Source: Mobula birostris (Eukaryota). Taken from it: a stretch of 64,000 nucleotides of DNA. Shown in pieces: positions 1 to 11,100 of this stretch. The stretch is from the NCBI RefSeq assembly GCF_030028105.1, contig NC_092376.1, positions 53,306,935 through 53,370,934 of the forward strand. The letters are read 5' to 3'. A program made the position numbers and the translations under genes. Under the pieces are notes generated by a model. The model saw nothing but the letters and a program-made list of their open reading frames with translations, was not told the origin of the DNA and did no database searches. Within the stretch, counting starts at the first letter, position 1. Every line of letters begins with the position of its first letter.

Positions 1-578
1 AAGCATCAAGCAGCATAAAATGTAACTTCTGTAGAAACTGAAAGTTTATATTCAGCAGACAGTTTGTGTAGCAACTAGATCTCAGGAACACACAACAATG
101 GCTAGAAATCTTCATTTCAATAAATGACATCAAGTGTCAGAATAACATGGTTATGTAAGAACGCTCATCATTTAAAATTCTGTTCAGGACTCAAATCACA
201 TATTTTTAAATCTTACTTCATCATTAAACCCCTCCTTCTAAAATTAGAAATTACTTTTAAAACAAAATTACAACATTACAGATATTTTCAATCATATTTT
301 AGTATGTAATAAGCTTTTGAAATATAAAAGCACATAACTATTCCACACTATAGCAATATTTCATCACGCTACATTAATATTAAGATGGAAGGAGATATTA
401 GGAACAAGCAATTTCTTACTGTTTATCTGAATATAAATAGGATATTTTATCAAAACTTCTAACTTGTAGATACAGTATGAATAGGATTTCTTATTACAAA
501 TAAAAATTAACATCCAAACATAGATACAGTTCTATAAACTGTGTGTTTTAGCAAACTGCTGCTCTTTCTACACAGTAC

Positions 579-720
579 CTATGACATCTAGAAGATGGTG
601 CATGCGTGACTCCGGATAAAAATCATGCTCAGTTTGCCTCCATATATCATCTACAGTATCACGAGTAGTCTCAACCAAATCCACTACATCAGCCAAAGAA
701 AGTGCATCCAAATTGTTGTA
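579..720 (-). CDS. DYNC2H1: DYNC2H1 coding exon 5 (142 nt); gene continues left of the window
   Basis: taacag|YNNLDALSLADVVDLVETTRDTVDDIWRQTEHDFYPESRMHHLLDVI(G)|gtactg; exons 1-5 splice in frame and total 766 nt. Confidence 0.95.
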
Positions 721-1068
721 CTGTTAAGAAAACAAAATAAAGACATTAAAAGAATTTTAAAATAGTTTGAGATTTTAAGGGTCAATAGCATTACTAAATC
801 AGTGTCTAAAGAAGAGAGCTGCTTATGGGAAGAAATTTGTTGATCAGAAAACAGCTCATACAATTCAGCACAATTTGGAAAATTCAACTGGAAATAGACC
901 AGGGTTGGAAGGTCGAGGGTGACAGTTAAGGTTTTTTTTGAATGGGAGCCTGTGACCAGTGGTATGCAACAGGAATCAATACTGAGATCCTTGCTATTTC
1001 TATATATTAATGATCTGAATGCAAATGTAAGAGACATGATTCATAAATTTGCAATTGACACAAAAATG

Positions 1069-2033
1069 AGTGCATTGGTGCTGCTTCATGCACTCACAGA
1101 GCTTGTCAATTTATTCAACTTTGCCTCCAACTTCCACCCTGCCCTTAAATTCATTTGGTCCATTTCTGGCACCTCTTACCCCTTTCTTGATCTCTCTGTT
1201 TCCATCTACCGATATCTTTAATAAACTTACTGATTCCCACAACTATCTTGACTATACCGCTTCCTACCCTGTATCCTATAAAAATGCCTTTCCCTTTTCT
1301 CAGGTCTTTCGTCTCCACCTCATCTGTTCCCAGGTTGAAGTTTCCCTTTCCAGAACATCAAGAGATGTCATCCTTCTTCAAAGAACAGGGAACCACTGAC
1401 ACTGCCTTCACTCACATCTCCTTCATTTCCAGAGCATCTGCCCACACCCCATCCACCTTCCACCTTAACTGGGATAGAGTTCCACTTATCTTCAACAGCA
1501 ACCCATGAGCCTCTGCATCCAGTAGTTCATTCTCCACAACTTCCATGATTTTCAACAGGATCCTACCACTAACCACATCTTTACCTCCCCATCACATTCC
1601 GCTTTCTGCAAAGGTTGCTCTCTCCATTATTCCCTTGTCCATTTGTCTCTCCCCACTAATCTTCCTCCTGGCACTTAGCCCTGCAAGCGAAAGAAGTGCT
1701 ACACTTGCTTATTCACTTCCTCCCTGATCTCCAATCAGGGCTCCAAATGTCCTTCCAGGTGAGGTAACCTTCACCTGCGAATCTGTTGGGGTTGTCTGCT
1801 GTAGCCAGTGCTCTCGATGCAACTTCCTCTACATTGGTGAGACCTGATGTAGATTTGAAGACTGCTTTGTCAAGCATCTTTGCTCTATCTGCAGAAAGCA
1901 GAATTTCCCAGTGGCCAACCAATGTAATTCTAATCCCATTCCCATTCCAACATATTGGTCCATGGTCTCCTCTACTGCCATGATGAGACCAATCTCAGGC
2001 TGGAGGAGCACATCTCATATTCCGTCTTGGTAG
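1069..2033 (+). mobile_element. Penelope-like retroelement fragment (RT C-terminus and GIY-YIG region), decayed
   Basis: FHPALKFIWSIS...PFLDLSVSI / TDSHNYLDYTASYPVSYKNAFPFSQVFRLHLICS; truncated by an LTR at 2034. Confidence 0.8.
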
Positions 2034-5000
2034 TGTTACGACACACAACCAACTGCACCAGCTTCCGGGGTTTAGACACTATAACCCTCTGGAGTATGGA
2101 TAGCTAGCGCAACACCTTTAAAGATTCAGGACCATTCTGTTAACTGGCAATCGTGTTTTGGCACTGAGAATTGAGTACAGGTGTCCCCCGTTTTTTTGAG
2201 CGTTCGCTTTACGAAACCTCACTGTTACGAAAGACCTACATTAGTTACCTGTATTCACTAACAGAAGGTGTTTTCACTGTTACGAAAAAAGGCAGCGTGC
2301 GAAAAAAGCAGCGCGCGATAAAAGGCAGTGCGCAAGAAAAATCAGCGTGCGCCCCAAGCAGCCAAGCTCCTCACCCGGATTCAGAACTGCATTCTCGCCA
2401 GCATCGCTTAAACACGTGCCTGTGAGCAGCCGTTAGAAAGATGAGTTCTAAGGTATTGGAAAAGCCTAAAAGAGCTCATAAGGGAGTTACACTTAGCGTA
2501 AAACTAGACATAATCAAACGTTTCGATTGTGGTGAACGAAGCAAGGACAAAGTGAGTTTGGCTTGTGGAAATTGACGAAAATGATGTTGAAGATGTTTTG
2601 GCATCCCATGACCAAGAACTGATAGATGAAGAGCTGATGCAATTGGAAGAGGAAAGGTTAACAATCGAAACCCAATGCAGTAGCGAACAGACCGAAAGTG
2701 AAGTCATCCAGGAACTGAAAGTGAAGCAACTGCATGAGATTTTCGCTGCAATGATTGCAGAAAAGTACGACTTTAATTTTGAAAGGGTACGTCGGTTTAG
2801 GGCATATTTGCAGGATGATTTGAGTGCTTACAAAGAACTGTATGATAGAAAAATGCGCAAGGCTAAGCAGTCAAGCATACTATTGTTTTTCAAGCCTTCC
2901 ACATCAGCCACAGCAGACAACGAACATCGACCTTCGACATCGAGGCAGGCAGACATAGAAGAAGATGACCTGCCTGCCCTGATGGAAACAGACGATGATG
3001 AGATGACACCCCAGTATCCTACCACCCCAACCCCCAGGCTGCGGACCGATACATTGCCGCGGAGAAAGCAGCGGTAGTCAGGACGCACCCAGCACATCTT
3101 TAAGAAAAAAGCCAAAATAAACAAGCTAATTAATTAGGTGCCGCCCGGCACGTAGATGTCGGCCTAGATCAGAGGCGATTGCCGATTGCATCGCCTCTGA
3201 TCTGGGTCGACATTTACATGCCGGGTGGCACCTAATTAATTAGCTTGTTTATTTTGGCTTTTTTCTTAAAGATGTGCTGGGTGCGTCCCGGCTACCGCTG
3301 CATTCTCCACTGATCGGTATCGGTCGGCTGCCCGGAGGTTGGGGACCACTGCACCACCCCAACCTCCGACGACTCAGCGTAACACACCATCACCAGTGTG
3401 CTCAGTGCTGTCTTCCCAATTCCGGTAAGTGATACTACACTGTACATACATTATTTCTACTTTATATTGGCTATGTATTTTTCTGCGTTATTTGGTATGA
3501 TTTGGCAGCTTCATAGCTTAAAGGTTACTGGAGAGAGTGTTTCTGCTGAGAGCGCTTGCGTGAGATTTTCGCTACGGAGAACAGTGCGGCAATAATTGTA
3601 GAGAAGTATTTCTACTTTATATAGGCTGTGTATTTATCATATCATTCCGGCTTTTACTATACGTTACTGTTATTTTAGGTTTTATGTGTTATTTGGCATG
3701 ATTTGGTAGGTTATTTTTGGGTCTGCGAACGCTCACAAATTTTTCCCATATAAATAAATGGTAATTGCTTCTTCGCTTTATGACATTCCGGCTTACAAAC
3801 TGTTTCATAGGAAAGCTCTACCTTTGGATGGCGGGAGAAACCTGTAATTAAAGAGCACCTGAACGGAGCCTCATTGCTCAGTTGTAAGCCCTACTAGTGA
3901 TATCATCTCGTATTTGTATTGTGTTCAGTTCTTGATCCAGTTTGATACCATGTCTCAATCCTAGCCTCAGATACTCCAGCATTTGGGTCCCAGCCACCCT
4001 CATCAAAGACTCTCATCACAGTATGATTGAGCCAGTATGGACTGTGATAGCTATCAGAGTCTTTCACCCGCCATGGCCAGCCACAGCGAAAATATTTCCA
4101 GACAGAGCCTAGAGACTCACAACCTCCAGGTGGCCATTGGTCAACTTTTGCAAAGCAGAGGCCAGAGTCACTCCAGAGAGCCAGCCTGTCCCACTACGTA
4201 GCCAGTACATCTTCCAACCCCAGAGTGATTCAACAGTGATCAGGGCTCTTGCTGTGGCTTCCTCATTCAATGCTCATTAGTGTTCAAACTCCAGTTGTCC
4301 CAGTTTCCGATGCAGCATGGAAAGTTGGCCTTCATAATCTCTCTTCAGATTGGAACAGCTCTGGCCTGGGCCACCTTGCATTGGGAATGAAGGTTGGAGG
4401 TTTGCTCGGATTCAGAGGAATTCATAGCCAAAATGAGCAAGGTGTTCCATCACCCTGTCGGAGCCAGCCGAGGCTCTGATGAAGATTTAACAGGATGGAC
4501 TGTCACCAGACGACTTTGCTATTGAGTTTCAGACCTTAGCCCAAGAAGAAACTGAAGGATGCCTTTCCCTTGGGAAAGCCAGCAAAGGAGTTAGAGGTTC
4601 TGATCAATGAATCCGTCCATCTCAATAATCGTCTGGCAGAGCATAAGTGGGACTACATCAAGAGGTTGAAGAGGGCTATCCCAAACCCGGCCTCAATGCA
4701 TTGTCGTTCCACTCCCTGATCTTGGACCATGACCAGCCAGCTCTTGCTCAGGATCCTGTCGAGCCCATGCAAATTGGCCGCATAAGAATCCCTGCCAATA
4801 AGGCGTTCTGGTGTTGGAATCGAGGTTGCTCTATTACTGCAGGGAAGCAGAGACATTCACCTGCAGGTCGAATGTCCAAAGCTGCAGCTGTCAGGAGAAC
4901 TGTTAAGAACTGTCTGGTATCGGGAAGACTATGATGGTAGAAGCCACTACTCCTAGCCTCATGGATATTGGTATCACGCTAGGGGGTTGAGATATCCTGG

Positions 5001-5390
5001 GGGATGAGAGGTGAATGCTTTTTTGGACTTTGGGGCGGCTGGAAATTTCCTGTACTTGGGGACCACCCACAGGCTCAACGAGGAAGTTTAGCCAGCCCAT
5101 GCCCACAAATGTCTTGGACAATCACCCGCTTGTTTCCAGGCAGATCCGGCAGCAGACGCTGATGAGGGTAGAGGATCATGTAAAGGACATCAGTTTCTAT
5201 ATCACTGAGTTTCCTCACATACCCCTAATCCTCCGGCACCCTCAGCTGACCCAGCATAACCCTTCTGTTAACTGGAAGGAAGGCACTGTCCATTCACTGC
5301 AAGAGGGTATACTTTCGGCTCGGTGTTCCGACCTCCGGACTCTCCTGAGACCTGTACACAATGAGGGGGCTGAATTCTGTTCAGGGTAAC
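2034..5390 (+). mobile_element. Ty3/Gypsy (sushi-like) LTR retrotransposon fragment: LTR 2034-4020 (split by Tigger) plus decayed gag/protease
   Basis: TGTTACG...CATCACA LTR ends, then gtatgattgagccagtATG; gag-like GFLIQCSLVFKL...LAFIISL...ALAWAT, EPMQIG, and protease-adjacent HIPLILRHPQLTQHNPSVNWKEG. Confidence 0.7.
2178..3844 (+). mobile_element. Tigger1/TIGD1-like internally deleted DNA transposon
   Basis: TA+CAGGTGTCCCCCG...GGCGGGAGAAACCTG+TA; residual N-terminal (GVTLSVKLDIIKRFDCGE) and acidic C-terminal (2565-3077) transposase pieces. Confidence 0.85.
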
Positions 5391-5803
5391 CTGAAGCCTT
5401 CAGGAAACCCAGTGCTGCCTTCAAGGGCAGACAAGCCGACTGCAGCCAACAGGCTCATGCGAGCCCAACCCTGGTCAGTCAGGGGTATGCTAGGTCTAGT
5501 TTTGGAAGGGGTGCGAAGATTCATCAGAATGTTGTCTGAAATGCACTGTTTCAGCTATGAGGGAAAATGAGAGAGGCTGGATTTGTTTTCTTTGCAGCAG
5601 AGAAGGCTCATGGTAACCTGAATGAGGTATATCAAATTATGAAGAACATAAAATAGGCACATAATAAGAAACCTTTTCTTTTGGCATATGTGCCTACAAC
5701 TAAAGGCTTATGGTAAGGGGTTAGACAGTAGGAGCGTATCTAAAAAATAGAAAACATCTTAACTGATAGTTCAGCTTGTAAAATTTTGCATCAGTAAACA
5801 AAC

Positions 5804-5922
5804 CTGTGTAATTGGTTTAAATAGTTCTTGAAAAAGCTGAGCCCTTTCCCTTTTGGCTGTTTCACCACTGCTTGCAGCAACTTCTGCCCAGAACTGAAAT
5901 TCATCACTGGGTTCGAGAATTC
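5804..5922 (-). CDS. DYNC2H1: DYNC2H1 coding exon 4 (119 nt)
   Basis: gaaag|(G)ILEPSDEFQFWAEVAASSGETAKRERAQLFQELFKPITQ|gtttgt; phase 1/0. Confidence 0.95.
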
Positions 5923-6159
5923 CTTTCAAAACATAAATGTTTGCATGGTATTAATGGTCACATTTCACATGGGTTAAATAGACTAGAAACTGACACTAGG
6001 CTAGAGACTTTTAGACCATATAATTTTAACCACAAATAAATGTGAATTCATTTTTTGTGACTATGATTTTGTTTCATATTAATCCTAAATTTGAATTCAC
6101 CAACACGTTGGGCTCTCCTACATTGGAAAACCAATTTGTGGTTCTTCCCTGCAGACATA

Positions 6160-7040
6160 AGACCAAAGGAGAGGGCATACAATATAGCAAAAATTAGTGG
6201 AAAGTGATTAAAAGTCAACAGAAGGCAAATGAAAATGTAACTAAGAAAGAAAAGATGAATTGTGAAAATAAGTTAGCCAATAATATAAGAGGACGCCAAA
6301 AGATTTTTCAGACATATAAAGAGTAAAAGAGAGACAAGAGTAGACATCAGACCACTGGAAAATGATGCTGGAGAGATAGTAATGGGGAACAAAAAAATAC
6401 CGATGAACTGAGTAAGTCTCTTACGTCAGTCTTTACTGTGTAAAACACACCTGCAGCATGCCAGAAATCGAGACTATCAAGGGGAAGAAGTGAGAAGAGT
6501 TGCTATGAATAAGGAGAAAGTGCTTGGGAAGTTGAAAGGTCTGAAGGTAGATAAGTCACCTTCATCCCAGGGTTCTGAAAAAGGTAGTTTATGAGATTGT
6601 GGAGCCATCAGTAGTGATTTTTCAAGTCTCACTCGATTGTGGAGGACTGAAAAATTGCAATTTCACTCCACTCTTTAAGACGGAAGGGAGCCAAGAGACG
6701 GAAAATTAAAGGCCAGTGGTTGGTAAAATGGTGTTAAGAATGAGGTTTTGGGGTACTTGGAGGTATACGATAGAATAGTCGAAGTCAGCATGGGTTCCTA
6801 AAGTGCAAATGTTTCCTGACAAGTCTGTTGGAATCCTTTAAGGATGTAATAAGCAGGATTGACAAAGGCAAGTCAGTGGATGTTATTTGCTTGCATTTCC
6901 AGAAGGCCTTTGACAAGGTGTCGCATATGAGGCTTCTAAACAAGGTAAGAGCCCACAGTATTACAGGAAAGATGGTAGCATGGCAGAAGATAGGTTGAAA
7001 GCAAAGAGTGGGAATAATTAATGATGTGGATGATGGAATC
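6160..7040 (+). mobile_element. CR1/L2-clade LINE fragment (continues 7850-8120, 10300-11100, 13885-13940)
   Basis: Decayed RT motifs (QHGFL, VDVICLHFQKAFDKVSH) interrupted by Penelope, L1 and RTE-X insertions. Confidence 0.75.
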
Positions 7041-7044
7041 AACG

Positions 7045-7830
7045 AACACAAAATGCTGGAGTAACTCAGCAGGTTAGGGAGCATCTATGGAAATTTTTAA
7101 AACAGTCAATGTTTCAAGCCAAGACTCTTCTTCAGGACTGCAAGAAAGGATGAGAAGTCAGAGCAAGGTGGTGGGGTAGAGGAGGAAGGTGGCAGGTGAT
7201 AGGTGAAACCAGGAGAGGGGGAAGGGGTGAAGAACTGGGAAAGCGATAAAGGGCTGAAGGAGGGTAATCTGATAGGAGAGTACAGAAGACCATGAAAGAC
7301 AGGGAAGGAGGAGGAGCATGCAGGGAGGTCATGCGCAGGTAAGGAGAAAGGAGAAAGAAGGAAACAGGAATGGGGAATAGTGAAAGGGAGGGTGGCAATT
7401 ACTGGAAGTTCGAGAATTCAATATTCCTGCCATCAGGTTAGAGGCTACCTCGGCCGAATATAAAATGTTGCTCCTGTATTCTGAGTGTGGCCTCGTCGTG
7501 GCACTGGAGGAGGCCATGGACTGACAAATCCATGAAGTGAAATTGAAATGGGTGGCACCCGAGAGATCCCACTTTTTCTGGCAGAGCATGGGCGCTCAAT
7601 GAAGCAATCTCCCAATCTACATTGAGTCTCATTGACATACAGGAGCACAGCAGTGGAAGTAGATGACCCCAACAGACATAAGGTATCGCCTCACGTGGAA
7701 GGACTGTTTGGGGCCCTGAATGGTAGTGAGGGAGGAGGTGTAGGGCAAATGTGACACTTGTTCTGCTTGCAAGAATAAGTGCCAGGAGGGAGAAAAGTGG
7801 GGAGGGATGAATGGACAAAGGAATCAATGG
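7045..7830 (-). mobile_element. Penelope-like element 3' end (GIY-YIG remnant and terminal repeat)
   Basis: LLYVNETQCRLGDCFIE...HFMDLSVHGLLQCHDEATLRIQEQHFIFGRGSL. Confidence 0.8.
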
Positions 7831-8123
7831 CTTTGTGCTCATGTTTTGTATGATATAAAGATAGTGGAGAGGCAGGTAATGTTAAGGAAGCAGAGAGTCT
7901 GCAGAATGTGCCAAGAAGTGGCAGATGGAATACAGTATAAAGAAGTATATGGTCATGCACTTTGGTAGAACGAATAAAGGTGAACACTATTTTCTAAGTG
8001 CGTACGTATTCAGAAATCGAAAGTGCAAAGGGACTTTAGGCTCCTAGAGCAGGATCTCCTAAAACTTAAGTTGCAGGTCAAGTTGGTAGTAAGGAAGGCA
8101 AATATAACATTAGCATTCATTTC

Positions 8124-10295
8124 CTTGTTTTTCAATCTTTTTATTAGTTTCATAAAATATAGACATAATAGTACAAAGTTATTGGGAATACATTGTTATA
8201 CCTAACATGAGTAATTATAGAACCAAATAGTACATAATTGACAAAACTCCCAATCATATAGGATACCAATGAATAATACAGAACAAAAAAAATCTAGACA
8301 AAAATCATGAAGAAAGAAAAAAAAATAAAAATATATATATAACCCCCTCAAAAAAAACTAATCTAAACAGGATTAATCAACTAAACTAAAAAAAAGACCT
8401 GGGCTGTTTTAACATCGTAAAAAATGGGAAAAAGAAAACCTTAGTGTCATCGACTCCATTCCTCTCAACCAACACTACAGAGAAGGAAAGGAAGTTTAGA
8501 AATGGTCAAATTACATCATATGAAAATGCTGAATAAATGGCCTCCAAGTTTTTTCAAATTTAATGGAAGGGTCATAAACCACACTTCTAATTTTTTCCAA
8601 ATTTAAACACAACATAGTGAAAACTAGTGAAATATAGTAGAAGGGTTAATCTCTTTCCAATTCAGCAAAATGGATCTTCTAGTCATTAAAGTAAGAAATG
8701 CAATCATCCGACGAGCTGAAGAGGTTAAATGATTTGATTCTATCATTGGTAACCCAAAAATAGCAGTAATTGGGTGAAGTTGTAAGTCTATATTCAAAAC
8801 GGTTGAAATAATATCAAAAATATCTTTCCAATATTTTTCCAACAAAGGACATGACCAAAACATGTGAGTTAAAGAAGCTATCTCGGAATGACATCTATCA
8901 CATATAGGATTTATATAAGAGTAATAACGAGATAGTTTATCTTTGGACATATGAGCTCTGTGCACTACTTTAAACTGTATCAACACATGTTTAGCACATA
9001 TAGCAGATGAATTAACTAATTGAAGAATTTTTTCCCATTTTTCAATCGGTATAATAATCTTAAGTTCTCTTTCCCAATCAGTTTTAATTTTATTAGATAC
9101 ATCAGGACATAAACTCATAATATTATAAATAATTGCTACAACACTTTTCTGAGAGAGATTTAAATCTAAAATTTTTTCCAAAATATCCATTGGATATGAG
9201 TGTGGAAAATTAGGAGAAACAGTAATTAAAAAGTTTCTAACCTGTAGGTATCTAAAAAACCCTTGTAATTAATCACATTCAAGTTGCGGTTATGGAATGG
9301 AAGACATGATGAGATCCATCAGGAAGAGAAATTCTTAGGCGTGCAGGGTACAATAATGCCGGTTTGAAATTTTTTTGATAACATTCCGGCATCAGAGGTT
9401 TAAAAGTCAATTGCTCTTTCATCACTTCAGGACTGTAATCTTGAACTATTCTGAAGGAATGCTGACGATAATTGATCATCTCTTCCGACGAGCAGCCTGG
9501 AGAAGCTGTTCTTTAATATTAACATAATGGAAACGAAGAATAATTGGTCTTGGTTATGATTTGGCGGATGCTGACTTTGGCCGCGATATACGATGGGCGC
9601 GGTCCAGCAATGGAGGCTCGTTGGTAAATACTGAGTCGAACGTATCCTTTAAAAGTTGAGCAAAGAATATTAAAGGGTCTCCATCCTCAACATCCTCGGG
9701 TAGACCAATTATACGTAAGTTCTGTCTTCTCGATCGATTTTCAAGATCGATGACTTTGGATTTAAAATGTTGCATTTGTTTAATGGTCAAAGCTAAATTC
9801 TGCTCCAAGTTCTTGACCTTTGAATCCGTCTTCTGACATTTAATATCCAGTTCAGGGATTTTACTTCGACGTTCTTGAACTTCACAATCCAGAGATTTCA
9901 GAGTTTCCGTGATTGATTTTAGGTCTTCATTAAGACTTTGACGTTGTTGTTCAAATTTATCAGATAAACTTTCAGATAGATTTTGACATTGTTCCTCGAA
10001 TTTTTCCTCTTAAAAACTTCATCATAGTATCATAGGATAGCTTTGTTTGTTTAGAATCACCTTTTCTTTTTCCGCCGTTCCCGTCGGAATCTTTCCCGTC
10101 TTTGGCTTTGGATCTTGTACTCATTTCTTCAGATTCCACAGTTGCAGTTCAAGAAAAAATCAATAAGATAAAATAAATCTTCTGGTGTAGGTAAAAATTG
10201 GTTAAGTAAGGGAGATCATAAGTTAAAAAAAAGATAACGGGAATGGAGCAAAGCCAGAAGCGACCTCACTCCATGAGCGCTCCCTGCAGAATTCC
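8124..10295 (-). mobile_element. L1-clade LINE with 5' UTR, decayed ORF1 (ATG 10124) and ORF2 C-terminus; most of ORF2 deleted
   Basis: ORF1 DLENRSRRQNLRIIGLPE...LDRAHR, LLYPARLRI; ORF2 zinc knuckle CDRC...LTHMFWSC; TSD agcattca(t/c)ttc at 8112-8123 and 10296-10307 inside a CR1. Confidence 0.9.
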
Positions 10296-11100
10296 AGCAT
10301 TCACTTCAAGAGAATTAGAATATAAAAGCACTAATGTAATGCTGAGGCCACTGCTCTGACTGCATTTGGAGTACTAAGAGCAATTATGGGCCAAATATCT
10401 ATGAAAGGATTTATTTCTTTACCTTTATTTATTTAGAGATATAGCATGGAATAGGCCCCTCTGGTCCCTCAGGCATCACCACCCTGCAACCCCCAACAAC
10501 CCCAATTCAGCCCTAACCTAATCACTGGGCAATTTACAATGACCAATAAACCTACCTAATATGTCATTGAAGTGCGTAAGGAAACCAGAGAACCAGATAA
10601 GACCCGCACATTCCACGGGAAGGACATACAGAAACCTTACAAAGGATGCTGGGATTGAACTCTGAACTCTGCCACCCCAATCTGTAATAGCATCACCCTG
10701 ACCGCTATGCCAGCATGGGATCCACGTGATAGACTGGCATTTGAGAGGTCCCAGTGGAGGTTCACGAAAGTTATCCTGGGAATGAAAGGGTTAATGTCTG
10801 AGGAGCATTTGATGGCTCTGGGCCTATACTTGCTGTAACTTAGAAGAAATCTCATTGAAACCTACAGAATACTGAAATGTCTGGATAGAGTAGACATAGA
10901 GGGGATGTTTCCAGAAGTGGGAGACTCTGGGACCAAGTGGGACAGCCTTGGAATAGTACAACTTCCTCTTGAGAACAGAGATGAGGAGGAATTTCTGTAG
11001 CCGGAGGGTGGTGAATCTGTGGATTTCATTGATACAGATGGCCATGGAGGCCAAGTCATTGGCTATATTTGAAGTGAAGGTTAATAGGTTCTTCATTAGT

